Origin: Abditibacteriaceae bacterium
GTDB taxonomy: Bacteria > Armatimonadota > Abditibacteriia > Abditibacteriales > Abditibacteriaceae
DNA length: 64,000 nucleotides
Direction of reading: 5' to 3'
Assembly: GCA_031425655.1 (NCBI GenBank)
Contig: JANPJS010000193.1
Location: forward strand, 1-64,000
Made by a program: the position numbers and the translations under genes
Shown: positions 8,033 to 16,801 of the stretch, in pieces
How positions within the stretch are numbered: the first letter of the stretch is position 1
Layout of the letters: every line of letters begins with the position of its first letter
Notes under the pieces: model-generated
Told to the model about the DNA's origin: nothing
Database searches by the model: none
What the model saw: only the letters and a program-made list of their open reading frames with translations

Positions 8033-10447
8033 ATGATGCACTTTTCGCTTCCATTTTTCGCGGGTCGGCGGCTTGGTTTTCTTTTTCTCGCCGTCAGCAT
8101 TATGCTGACGGCGCTTTTTTTGCCGGCGTCCAAGTGTCAGGCGCAATCGTTTCGCTTTCTTCTGCGTGCCGAGCCGGACGCGATTCCGGCCAACGGCATC
8201 TCATCTACTTCTGTTCTGGTGCAGGCGCGCAATCTCCCTGTCAGTGGCATTTCGGCGCAGCCTGTGGTGCGTTTCGCTACCACATCCGGCACCATTGAGT
8301 CACAGGCGCGACTGGTCAACGGCGTTGCGCGTGTGCTTTTGCGTTCGGCGAACCTGCCGGGCACGGCCATCGTGACTGCGTTTATCGGCAGTTCGCGCGA
8401 GCAAGTCAGTGTCGAGTTCACCGAAGGCACTCCGACGATTTCGCGCTCCTGGGAGATTAAAGGCTCGCCCGTCGCTTGCGGCAATGCTTGGAACATCATT
8501 AGCGCCGCCGGGCCTTGTTCGCTGGACATTGGCGGTTTGCACATTGAAAGCGACGTGCGTCTCGATATTGATATTTCCAACCGTTGGTTGTGGGCGCAGG
8601 GCAACGCAGGACGCGTCATTATTCGGCAGGGCGATGGCCAAAAAGCGCACGAGCTGCGTGGCGACCGCCTTTTCTACGACTTGCGGCGTCGGCGCGGCAT
8701 TATGCGGCGCGGCGATACCTCGAACGGGCCGGCGCTTCAAGAGTTTGCGGGAAGCCAATTTCTGCCCGTAGCGGCCAATGAAACTGAAATTTCGCCGCCG
8801 CCCGCTGTTTCTCCGGCGACGATTCAACCCGTGGCGGCTGAATCGGCTGCGCTTACGCCCTCGTCACCTTCAAAAATTGAAATTCAATCTGTTACACACG
8901 ATGCAAGGATGCGTCCGGCGTCCATCCGCTTCGTTGATAGCGCCGTCGTGCCCGCTGAACTGCGTTCGCCGAGCGCGCTATCCCTATCCCCGGATCAAGC
9001 GCCGCGCGTGGCTGCCTTGCCGCAATCGCTGGCTCCCAATTCAAAAACGCCGGCTGGTGAAGATGCTGATCCCGGCTTGACGGCGCCGCCTTCCGAATCT
9101 CCCGAATACCGCGCTCTGCCCAGCAACAAGGCGACTTTCGACGAACCTGCGCCGCCCCAAACCGATTACAAGCGTGGCTACTGGGTCGTTTCGCGTTGGG
9201 CACGCGTTTTTCCCGACGACAAGCTGCAATTCGGCAGCGCAACGGTGTTTCGGAACGGCGACAAACTGTTTTTCATGCGGCTTTACGTGGCGCCGCTGAA
9301 CGGTGACTTTAACCCGGCGACCAGCATGGTCGGAGTCAACAGCTCTGCCGGGTTGAGTCTGCGCGTGCCCTATTTTTATCAAGCGTCGCCGCGCGGAACG
9401 GGCGCGGTTTATCTGGTTCACGCGCCAAGTCGTGGTTTCGTCGCCGAGAAGCCGGGGTTTTCGTTGGCCGTAGACCACGAATATTATTTGTCGAAACGCG
9501 CGCAAGGGCGCCTGACCGTTGATGAAATCGGCCACGGCGGCTGGAATCTCGATTGGAGCCATCAGTTAGAGCTTTCTCCGTCGCTGCGCGCCTCGCTGTA
9601 TCTCAATATGCCGGAGCATCGTGATGCTTATCTCAGCGGCACTATTTCCAAATCGTTTCGCAACGTAGATATTGGATTAGAAACTTTCTATGCGCGCCCA
9701 TCCAGCACACCGGGCACTATGCAGGGGAATTTTTACGCGCGTCTGCGCCCCAAAGAAATCGGCGTATCCGGGTGGACGTATACTGTCGCCGCAAATTTGT
9801 CCGGTTTACGCAACCATTATGCGCAGACAACCGGCTCCGGCGGCGGCATTGGATTACCGGGACACACCCGGCCCGGCCAGACACCGAGTTCGACTCTGGT
9901 CTCACGATCTATTCTTGGACAAACGGTGAGTGCGGTGCTTGTGGCGCCGACTTACAAACTCTGGAAAGGTGGCCGGCTCCAAGCCTCGTTTTCGGGAACG
10001 GCGTTCAATTATTCCGACGGTAATCGCGGCGTGTCGCCGGGCGTGACTCTTGGTTTAAACCAGAATATTGGCTCTTCCGGCTCTCTGAGCATCAATTATC
10101 AGTATGATCGCGGTTTGATTAATCAGGTCGGTGGCACCGTCGTTGGGCGCTCGACGAATAATTTGGTTGCTTCGATGTCCATGAACCTCGGCCCGCGCAT
10201 CGGCTCTTATTTTGAACTGTCGCGTGGCCTTTCCGACGGCTCGACCTACGGTTACTCAACCATTGATTATCGCTTTGCTCCCAAGTGGCGCACCGGCCTG
10301 TTCAGCGACTATTCGCGCTTTGACGGCGCCGGTTTCCTCAACTACGGTTTCAGTCTGGGCCGACAAATCGGCCCTCGTGAGCTGTCACTAAACTGGGATC
10401 GCAGCCGAGGCCGCTTCTACTTTGAGTTCGGAAATTTCCTGAATTAA
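8033..10447 (+). CDS. Outer-membrane protein: N-terminal Ig-like (Big_1/invasin) domain plus LptD-like beta-barrel
   Basis: AEPDAIPANGISST...VRFATTSG (Big_1-like); LRGDRLFYDL (LptD-like); amphipathic beta-strands ending FYFEFGNFLN. Confidence 0.55.
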   Translation: MMHFSLPFFAGRRLGFLFLAVSIMLTALFLPASKCQAQSFRFLLRAEPDAIPANGISSTSVLVQARNLPVSGISAQPVVRFATTSGTIESQARLVNGVARVLLRSANLPGTAIVTAFIGSSREQVSVEFTEGTPTISRSWEIKGSPVACGNAWNIISAAGPCSLDIGGLHIESDVRLDIDISNRWLWAQGNAGRVIIRQGDGQKAHELRGDRLFYDLRRRRGIMRRGDTSNGPALQEFAGSQFLPVAANETEISPPPAVSPATIQPVAAESAALTPSSPSKIEIQSVTHDARMRPASIRFVDSAVVPAELRSPSALSLSPDQAPRVAALPQSLAPNSKTPAGEDADPGLTAPPSESPEYRALPSNKATFDEPAPPQTDYKRGYWVVSRWARVFPDDKLQFGSATVFRNGDKLFFMRLYVAPLNGDFNPATSMVGVNSSAGLSLRVPYFYQASPRGTGAVYLVHAPSRGFVAEKPGFSLAVDHEYYLSKRAQGRLTVDEIGHGGWNLDWSHQLELSPSLRASLYLNMPEHRDAYLSGTISKSFRNVDIGLETFYARPSSTPGTMQGNFYARLRPKEIGVSGWTYTVAANLSGLRNHYAQTTGSGGGIGLPGHTRPGQTPSSTLVSRSILGQTVSAVLVAPTYKLWKGGRLQASFSGTAFNYSDGNRGVSPGVTLGLNQNIGSSGSLSINYQYDRGLINQVGGTVVGRSTNNLVASMSMNLGPRIGSYFELSRGLSDGSTYGYSTIDYRFAPKWRTGLFSDYSRFDGAGFLNYGFSLGRQIGPRELSLNWDRSRGRFYFEFGNFLN

Positions 10448-10451
10448 GGGC

Positions 10452-10552
10452 CACCCGGCGATAAGCCGTGCGGAACAGCCTCGTAGCCCAGCCCCGCAGG
10501 GGCTTTGTATTTCAGCCCGGCACCACCCAGAGGGTTCCCGGATCGCCGGGTG
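10452..10552. repeat. REP/MITE-like element
   Basis: Terminal IR cacccggcgat/atcgccgggtg enclosing the hairpin agccccgcaggggct, between convergent genes. Confidence 0.5.
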
Positions 10553-10597
10553 ACACAAGCACAAGGCGATGGGTTTTCATGTCTTTAAATCAAAATT

Positions 10598-10630
10598 AAC
10601 TTGTCACAACCGCAATTGAAATAACAAGTT
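10598..10630 (-). repeat. Dispersed 33-bp site, copy 1
   Basis: Reverse complement: AACTTGTTATTT caattgcg GTTGTGACAAGTT. Confidence 0.75.
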
Positions 10631-10655
10631 CAAGGGCCAAAGAACTCGAAAATCT

Positions 10656-12560
10656 CTACACGCCGCGATGGTAGACCCACCATTCGATGGCGAGTAGGGC
10701 AAGAGCGGCTAAAGTGATCAGACCCCATAATTCACGATTGGCGCGAGCCGAGTTTTCGGCGACCAATGGTTTGCCTTCCTGCAATTGCAGCGTGGCGCCG
10801 GGTTGAATATCGCTTTCCGATTTACTAAGCAGGCTCACGGCAAAGGGTTTTCGCCATGCGCTGCCTTTGGCCCCGGCAGTGTAAATGCCGACGCGGTCGG
10901 CGCCGGAATAAAGCGCGGTTCCGCCTTTGACATCCAGGGTTTGCGACGATTTATCGGGCGAGGTGACGGTGATCTGCGAAATTCCCTGCGGCGGGGCCAG
11001 CGGAATCATGCTTCCGGGGCGTTGTGACACGCCTTCGGAGGAGCTACGTCCCTCGGCCAGCCAATGCACCGCGTTGTGGATAAAGATAGGAAAAGCCACG
11101 CGCAACGGTAAATCGGTTTCGCGGATGTCGAAGCCGCACCAAACCACGCGGCGCGTGCCGGTATTGAGAAGTTTCTCGCCCGCCACGACCAGAGGCGTGC
11201 GTTCCGCTTCGACAAGAGGCACGCCCCATCCTTTCAGCGTGACGGCTTTCGAGCGCGAGAAACGCACATCGCCCCACGGCTCGTAGCGCGTTACGGGATG
11301 CTTTTTGTCCCAGTCGGCAACGCCGGGCGAGACCGCTTCGCCCGTCACGGTGACCGGCGCCAAATCAGTGGTCGTAACGAATAAAAGTTGATTTGTATCG
11401 GGTAATTTGGCTGGAGCCACGTCGTCAAGCACGATGACATCGTATTTTTCCGAGGCTTTACCGGCGTCGAAATCAGCTTTGCTGGCGCGAAATAGCTTGA
11501 CGAAAGGGTCAATGTTGAGAGCGCGTTCCAAGAACGACATTTGTGTATCTTCGGAAACCAGCAGCACGCTCAAATTCTGCGGCGGCTCCAAATCGGCGAA
11601 GGCGGCGTTATCGGCGAGCAAGGAATCGCTTTCGTCGAAGCGCGCTTGAAACAAGCCCTGCTGAAACGGCAGATTTTCAAAAACGTGCGATTTTTGGCCG
11701 CTATCGGGCTGTTTTCGGTCATAAGCGGCCAATTGAAGCGGCTCAACCGCGATTAAATTGTTGTCGCGCAGCAGTTCGAGATTGACGCTGCGCGGACGAT
11801 TGGAGAAGTTGCGAATATTGACGAAAATCTGATTATTAGCGCGTGCGGAATAATCGCGGCGCACATCCATGGCCGTGATCGCCACATTGTCGGAGCCTTT
11901 GCCGACTTTTACGAATTGCAGACCGACCGCGCCCGTATTTAAGTCGGAAAGCGGCGGCACAGCGCCATCGCTGTAAAGGTAAATTTGCCCGGCGCCTCGT
12001 CCTGCTGCGGCTTTCTGAGTGCGCAGCAGCGAGGCCGCCAGCACGATGCCTTCGCGCAAATTGCTGCTCGTATCCTGCGTGCGCGCACGCGCTAAAGCGC
12101 GTTTGAGCGCACCTTTATCAGCGGTTAGAGGCGCTAAAACGCGCGTTTGGGCACCGCATTCAATAATGGTGGCGCGGTCGCCGGTCGCCATGCCGTTGAG
12201 CAGTTTTTCGGCTTGGCTGCGGGCGTTGGCAAAGCGCGTTGGCTTAACATCGGTGGCCGCCATGGAAGCCGACGCGTCAAGGACAATCGCTATGGTTTGG
12301 CCGCTGGTGGCCAGCATTTTTATAGCGGGACGCGCCAAAGCGATGGCGGCCAGCACTAAAAACGCGACTTGCAGCCACATCAGCAGCGAGGAGCGCAGCT
12401 TTTGCCACGGCGCGTTCGCCTGCAAATCGCGCAGTGCCGATTGCCAGAGCAAAGTCGAGGAAACTACGCGCTCTTTGCGCTTGAGCCGCAAAATGTAGAG
12501 CAGCACAATCGCGCCGGTGAGGCCGAGAAACAGCAAGTTAAGAGGGGCGATAAGGCTCAT
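10656..12560 (-). CDS. BatA/VWA domain membrane protein
   Basis: N-terminal BatA double-TM (LLYILRLKRK...LARP); MIDAS DASASM; C-terminal LAIEWW. Confidence 0.85.
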   Translation of the reverse strand: MSLIAPLNLLFLGLTGAIVLLYILRLKRKERVVSSTLLWQSALRDLQANAPWQKLRSSLLMWLQVAFLVLAAIALARPAIKMLATSGQTIAIVLDASASMAATDVKPTRFANARSQAEKLLNGMATGDRATIIECGAQTRVLAPLTADKGALKRALARARTQDTSSNLREGIVLAASLLRTQKAAAGRGAGQIYLYSDGAVPPLSDLNTGAVGLQFVKVGKGSDNVAITAMDVRRDYSARANNQIFVNIRNFSNRPRSVNLELLRDNNLIAVEPLQLAAYDRKQPDSGQKSHVFENLPFQQGLFQARFDESDSLLADNAAFADLEPPQNLSVLLVSEDTQMSFLERALNIDPFVKLFRASKADFDAGKASEKYDVIVLDDVAPAKLPDTNQLLFVTTTDLAPVTVTGEAVSPGVADWDKKHPVTRYEPWGDVRFSRSKAVTLKGWGVPLVEAERTPLVVAGEKLLNTGTRRVVWCGFDIRETDLPLRVAFPIFIHNAVHWLAEGRSSSEGVSQRPGSMIPLAPPQGISQITVTSPDKSSQTLDVKGGTALYSGADRVGIYTAGAKGSAWRKPFAVSLLSKSESDIQPGATLQLQEGKPLVAENSARANRELWGLITLAALALLAIEWWVYHRGV

Positions 12561-12564
12561 GGAA

Positions 12565-13437
12565 TTATTTCACCACGCCGGTGCCGCGCAAAAGGCGCGT
12601 GACGACCGTTTCCACCGGCGTATCATTGGCAACAAGCAGATAATTCATGCCATAGCGCAGGCAAAAAGCGCGCAGACCGGACGTGTGGTTATCCAAGTTG
12701 CGCTTGTAAATCCGCAACAATGAATCCGTGACCGACACTTCTTTAAAAGTGCCGGTTTCCGCGTCTACCAGCTTGAAATCGCCACGAACATCCGGCTCTA
12801 ACTCGTGACGGTCAAGCAGTTGAATTGCCGTGACCTCAAAGCCGCGCGCCGCCAGCGTTTTGAGACCGGCTTCGTAGCCTTCGGGATAAAGAAAATCGGA
12901 AATCACGAAAATTACGCCGCTGCGCCGCGCCTGCGTGGCGACACGTTTGGCTGTGGCGCCCAAATCCGCCGCGCCTGCCGCTTCCTGCTTTTCAAGGAAC
13001 TTGAAGAATCCCCCGATGCCGCCGCGCCCGCGCGTGGGCGGAAACCAGCCGCGAATGCTCTGGTCGAAAATCGCCGCACCGACGCGGTCATAATTCGCCA
13101 AACCGATATAACCAACCGCCCCGGCGATTTCCAAACTGGCGCGCAGCTTCGTCGGAGTGCCGAAATTCATCGAAAGACTGGCGTCAATCAGAATCGTAAT
13201 GTCCAGGTCTTCTTCTTCGAGAAACATCTTCAGATACAATTTCTCGAAGCGACCATAAGCGTTCCAGTCAATACGCCGCAGGTCGTCGCCGCTGTTATAA
13301 GCGCGAAAATCAGCGAATTCGACTGACGAGCCACGCTTTGTCGAGCGTTTCTCGCCTTTTGAGGAGCCGGTAAACGCGCGCTTGGCTTGCAGAGAAAGCG
13401 CGTCGAGTTTCTTGAGAAGCTGCGGAGTAAGAAGCAT
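12565..13437 (-). CDS. DUF58 domain protein
   Basis: GSSVEFADFRAYNSGDDLRRIDWNAYGR signature. Confidence 0.9.
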   Translation of the reverse strand: MLLTPQLLKKLDALSLQAKRAFTGSSKGEKRSTKRGSSVEFADFRAYNSGDDLRRIDWNAYGRFEKLYLKMFLEEEDLDITILIDASLSMNFGTPTKLRASLEIAGAVGYIGLANYDRVGAAIFDQSIRGWFPPTRGRGGIGGFFKFLEKQEAAGAADLGATAKRVATQARRSGVIFVISDFLYPEGYEAGLKTLAARGFEVTAIQLLDRHELEPDVRGDFKLVDAETGTFKEVSVTDSLLRIYKRNLDNHTSGLRAFCLRYGMNYLLVANDTPVETVVTRLLRGTGVVK

Positions 13438-14384
13438 TATGCGGCTTTTTGATATTCGGCAAACGCTTGCTCAACGCTCAAGCTTTGATCGAGGACAGCG
13501 CGTAATGCGCGCACGATGGCGCGTGGGTTGTCGTCGTCGAAAATCGTGCGGCCAAAAAGCGCGGCGCGGCCTCCATTTGTGACGACAGCGTGCGCCAGTT
13601 CCAATGTTTTGCGCGGATTCTGACGCGGCCCGCCCAACGCGCCGATAATCAGCGTCGGATCGAAATCACACAATTCGCGCCACGTCGCGGCGCTGGTAAA
13701 TTCGGTTTTGATAAAGCGCGGACGTTGTTTCTTTTGCAAATAACTGAGCGTGCGCACAATCGAATCGGCGACGTATTGTCCGCGCTTCTCGCGGTCAAGG
13801 CCGGGCAGGTTAGTGTTCGGTAAGAAGACTTCAAGAAAGTAGTCGAACTGCGCGTGTTCGCCGGCATTGCGCGCGAATTCGAGATAAGCGCTCAGCGTGC
13901 GCGCGTCGGCCTGCGTGTCGTTGTTCAGCGTGATCGAGTAAAGTCCGATTTTGACATGGCATTCCAAGTCAGTGCCGCGCAATTCGCAAAAGGCGGCTTC
14001 GGGCGAGGAATTAAGCGACACCGTTTGAAAAGGCTGCGAAATCTGGCGATTATAATTGCCGTGGCGCGGCGACCAAATCCAGGTTTCAGCATTCAAGCGC
14101 ACCATCGGCGTGACCGGAGTTGCATCGAAAAGGCGCTCTTCGACGGCTAAGCTTTCCGCGTCGGCGGGTGTCAGCAGGCATCCATCAATAAAGCCGTCCG
14201 CCGTCAAATCGCGGCAAAGCTGAAGAAATTCAGCCTGACGGCGTGGCCGCCATTGCCCTTTTTCCTGAACGCGTCCTAATCCTCGCAATCCTCCGGCGAC
14301 CAGAGCATCGCCTGCGAACACTAAAATCGGCGCTTGATACAACTTTTGCGGTTCGGCTATCTTGTCAAAAACACGTTGGCCCAT
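13437..14384 (-). CDS. Class I aldolase-like (DhnA/TIM barrel) protein
   Basis: PRFIKTEF Schiff-base-like Lys, GGRAALFGRTI C-terminal motif; start at ATG 14384 with GAGG RBS (the longer ORF overlaps the tRNA promoter). Confidence 0.6.
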   Translation of the reverse strand: MGQRVFDKIAEPQKLYQAPILVFAGDALVAGGLRGLGRVQEKGQWRPRRQAEFLQLCRDLTADGFIDGCLLTPADAESLAVEERLFDATPVTPMVRLNAETWIWSPRHGNYNRQISQPFQTVSLNSSPEAAFCELRGTDLECHVKIGLYSITLNNDTQADARTLSAYLEFARNAGEHAQFDYFLEVFLPNTNLPGLDREKRGQYVADSIVRTLSYLQKKQRPRFIKTEFTSAATWRELCDFDPTLIIGALGGPRQNPRKTLELAHAVVTNGGRAALFGRTIFDDDNPRAIVRALRAVLDQSLSVEQAFAEYQKAA

Positions 14385-14487
14385 AAACGAAAAACCTCTC
14401 AAATCCCCTTTCATTATGACTAATAACCCAGGTTGCCACCTATTTTGTCCCCGATTGAAATCGGGGACACTCGAAAAGCGGCTTAAC

Positions 14488-14516
14488 TTGCAGCCATCCG
14501 CCAAGCTCTGTATAAT
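14488..14516 (+). promoter_or_regulatory. Sigma70 promoter of tRNA-Glu
   Basis: TTGCAG-N17-TATAAT. Confidence 0.65.
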
Positions 14517-14549
14517 CTTCTGGGCCGATGAGGATTGCATCGGCCATGC

Positions 14550-14621
14550 GGCGCTATCGTCTATCGGTTAGGACACGACCCTTTCAAGGTCGAGAGACGG
14601 GTTCGACTCCCGTTAGCGCTA
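14550..14621 (+). tRNA. tRNA-Glu (TTC), CCA not encoded
   Basis: Acceptor GGCGCTA/TAGCGCT, anticodon arm CGACC-CTTTCAA-GGTCG, T arm ACGGG-TTCGACT-CCCGT. Confidence 0.95.
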
Positions 14622-14804
14622 TCTCTTTCCTTTGAGCCACGAATTTCCTGACCACGTCGTAAAAGGGGTCGGCTCACGAAACGGATTATAAAGCACGTTA
14701 ACCCGCGTGAAGGTTTCAATTTCTTCTCTTCAAATCCCGCTCAAGGGCACTTGTCAAGCCGGAATCTAAGACCTTCTGGCCTAATTTTTAGATGGCGTAG
14801 GATT

Positions 14805-15401
14805 TTACGCAGAATTGGCGTTTTGCAAGGCATACACACGAGCACCAAGTGACACCGTGACCGTTTCTGCGCTGGCGAGTTGGCAATAGTAGCCACGAAT
14901 ACCTGAGTCGAGAAACTGCAAGGTCGCCTTTATTTGTGCAGGCTCGGCTGATGGCTGTGCGAGTGCATACTCGCTAAAGGGTCGGCACGGCGAGGCGACG
15001 ACTACATTGCCAAGGATTACATGACCTTGATGGGTTTCGATGGCCAAGCCGCCAGCGATTTCGGCCAAAGGTATTTTGACCGCACTTTCGATGAGAATAT
15101 TTTCGCCTGCACAGCCAATGGTCAGATGCTCTCCAAAGCGCGATTGCATGGCCGCGTAGTGGCTGGAAAAGAGAATGGAAAGAGAATTTACCCCACGATG
15201 TTTGCTCTTCGGATGAGCCAAATGATGAACGTCTGCGATAAAGCTGCCGTCGTCCGCGCCAGCCCACGCGCCGCCAGTGCTGAGAACCAGATCGCTCACC
15301 GCCATTAGGGCAGAAGGCTCATAGACACGCTTGCCACCGACCTCTCGTTTGAGGTTATGCCTCTGGATTTGCAAACGAATAATGTTGCCGATGTAGATCA
15401 T
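14805..15401 (-). CDS. MOSC domain-like protein
   Basis: GCAGENILI, SPCRPF and GIRGYY motifs. Confidence 0.65.
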   Translation of the reverse strand: MIYIGNIIRLQIQRHNLKREVGGKRVYEPSALMAVSDLVLSTGGAWAGADDGSFIADVHHLAHPKSKHRGVNSLSILFSSHYAAMQSRFGEHLTIGCAGENILIESAVKIPLAEIAGGLAIETHQGHVILGNVVVASPCRPFSEYALAQPSAEPAQIKATLQFLDSGIRGYYCQLASAETVTVSLGARVYALQNANSA

Positions 15402-15521
15402 GGTGCGGATTCCGAGAAGATGTAATTGAGGCCAAAAAAGGAGCGGGAACCGACAGGTTTGGGTTTGGTGCCGGTAGATTGGGGAACGAAAACGATTCCT
15501 TTATTTTAGTGGTTTGGGGCG

Positions 15522-15570
15522 CAATGGAACAATAAATGAACTTAACGGAAGTTTATTTATTGTTCCATTG
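15522..15570. repeat. AT-rich 22-bp inverted repeat
   Basis: caatggaacaataaatgaactt-aacgg-aagtttatttattgttccattg (21/22 matched, one G-T). Confidence 0.75.
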
Positions 15571-15740
15571 AATTTCATATTGACAGTGAGACGAGTCTAC
15601 GATTGTTTATGGCGTTGCACAAACGACCGATTTCGAGATTGTGCCGGGCACTCCAAGAAAGTGAACGTGCCATAACCCGTTTCAGTCTTTCTTTTTCAAC
15701 TGTCCACATTAGCGGGTGAAGTCCAGTTGTGGAACACGGT

Positions 15741-15776
15741 TTATCTATCACTGATGAATTATCTATCACTGATGAA
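15741..15776. repeat. 18-bp tandem duplication
   Basis: ttatctatcactgatgaa x2. Confidence 0.8.
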
Positions 15777-15808
15777 AACCTCTTGCAACTTGCAACTGTA
15801 GGAATTAT

Positions 15809-16801
15809 TTAACTTGTCACAACTGAATTTGAACTATCAAATTCAGAAGGAGAATTAAAATTCACAGCCAATAAAGCACCGGGCAAACTGGATAACCACG
15901 TCGTTACTTGCCAGAGCAACGACCAAGCTACAATAATCGCGGCAGGCTCGGCGTGGCCTAACACCGATACGGCTGCGACTTCACGCACTCCCAAGCCGCC
16001 GATGCCGATGGGCACCATGCTAATCAAGGCTAAAAGCGGCACCAGCCACAGAAAAACCGCATTTGCAGTGTGTAATCCGACCGCGCGAGCCAAGAAAATC
16101 TGAAGCGCCACCTGCGCGCCTTGAAATAATAACGATACGAGAAATGCCATGACTAAAGCGGATCGGCTTTCGCGCCGCGCATAGAAATCCAATTCACGAA
16201 AAACCGAGGCCGCTTTGCTTATCGCACGCGCAAAACGCCGCGCCGACGGCTCCAAACGGTAAATCGCAGCGCGCAGGGCACAAAAAGCGGCGCCAACACC
16301 AACTAAAACGCCGATAACACGCGGCAAAACGGCGGGGCCAAGCGTTGATGTTTCCGAACCCCAAAGCGCGATGCCGGTCACGCCAATCGTTAGCAGCGCG
16401 GCCAAGCCGGTAAGGCGTTCGACCAAGATGGAAGAAAGCGCCGCCGGGACTCCGCCACAGCGTGGCGCGGCGGCGATGGCGCGCATCGCATCGCCGCCGA
16501 TAGTCGTCGGCATCCACAGATTCCAAAACATACCTAATAAATAAAGCCGCGCACATTCGACGAAGGAAAATTGTGCGCCGCGTGCGCGCAATAAAAGACG
16601 CCATTTCGCGGCGCTCAGACATTGCGTGAGCCAGTAGAACAGCACAGAAAGCAGAGGAACATACCACGGCACGGCACGCAAAGCATCGCGGAGCTTATAG
16701 ACATCGCCACGGGTTACGAGCACGCCTAAAACGAACAAGCCGAGGCCCAAACGCAGCAGCCACTTGCGCCGGGCTTTCAGTGCCGCAAAGAGTGAAGTCA
16801 T
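15809..16801 (-). CDS. Lysylphosphatidylglycerol-synthase-TM (UPF0104) flippase-like protein
   Basis: KWRLLL, PTTIGGDAMR, PIGIGGLGVRE motifs; multiple TM segments. Confidence 0.85.
   Translation of the reverse strand: MTSLFAALKARRKWLLRLGLGLFVLGVLVTRGDVYKLRDALRAVPWYVPLLSVLFYWLTQCLSAAKWRLLLRARGAQFSFVECARLYLLGMFWNLWMPTTIGGDAMRAIAAAPRCGGVPAALSSILVERLTGLAALLTIGVTGIALWGSETSTLGPAVLPRVIGVLVGVGAAFCALRAAIYRLEPSARRFARAISKAASVFRELDFYARRESRSALVMAFLVSLLFQGAQVALQIFLARAVGLHTANAVFLWLVPLLALISMVPIGIGGLGVREVAAVSVLGHAEPAAIIVAWSLLWQVTTWLSSLPGALLAVNFNSPSEFDSSNSVVTS
15811..15843 (-). repeat. Dispersed 33-bp site, copy 2 (overlaps the stop codon of 15809-16801)
   Basis: Reverse complement: AATTTGATAGTT caaattca GTTGTGACAAGTT. 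Confidence 0.75.

Noticed and set aside
11021..11032. gttgtgacacg as a sixth copy of the 33-bp site
   Set aside because: Inside a CDS; lacks the terminal GTT and the TGATA arm, so probably chance
14385..14540. N-terminal extensions in the ORF track (also 2669-2932, 19730-19852, 39585-39788, 50729-50884, 54559-54651)
   Set aside because: They overlap promoters, terminators, repeats or neighbouring genes; downstream ATGs fit better
14550..14621. tRNA-Glu as a prophage/island attachment site
   Set aside because: No duplicated tRNA 3' end and no adjacent integrase found in the window
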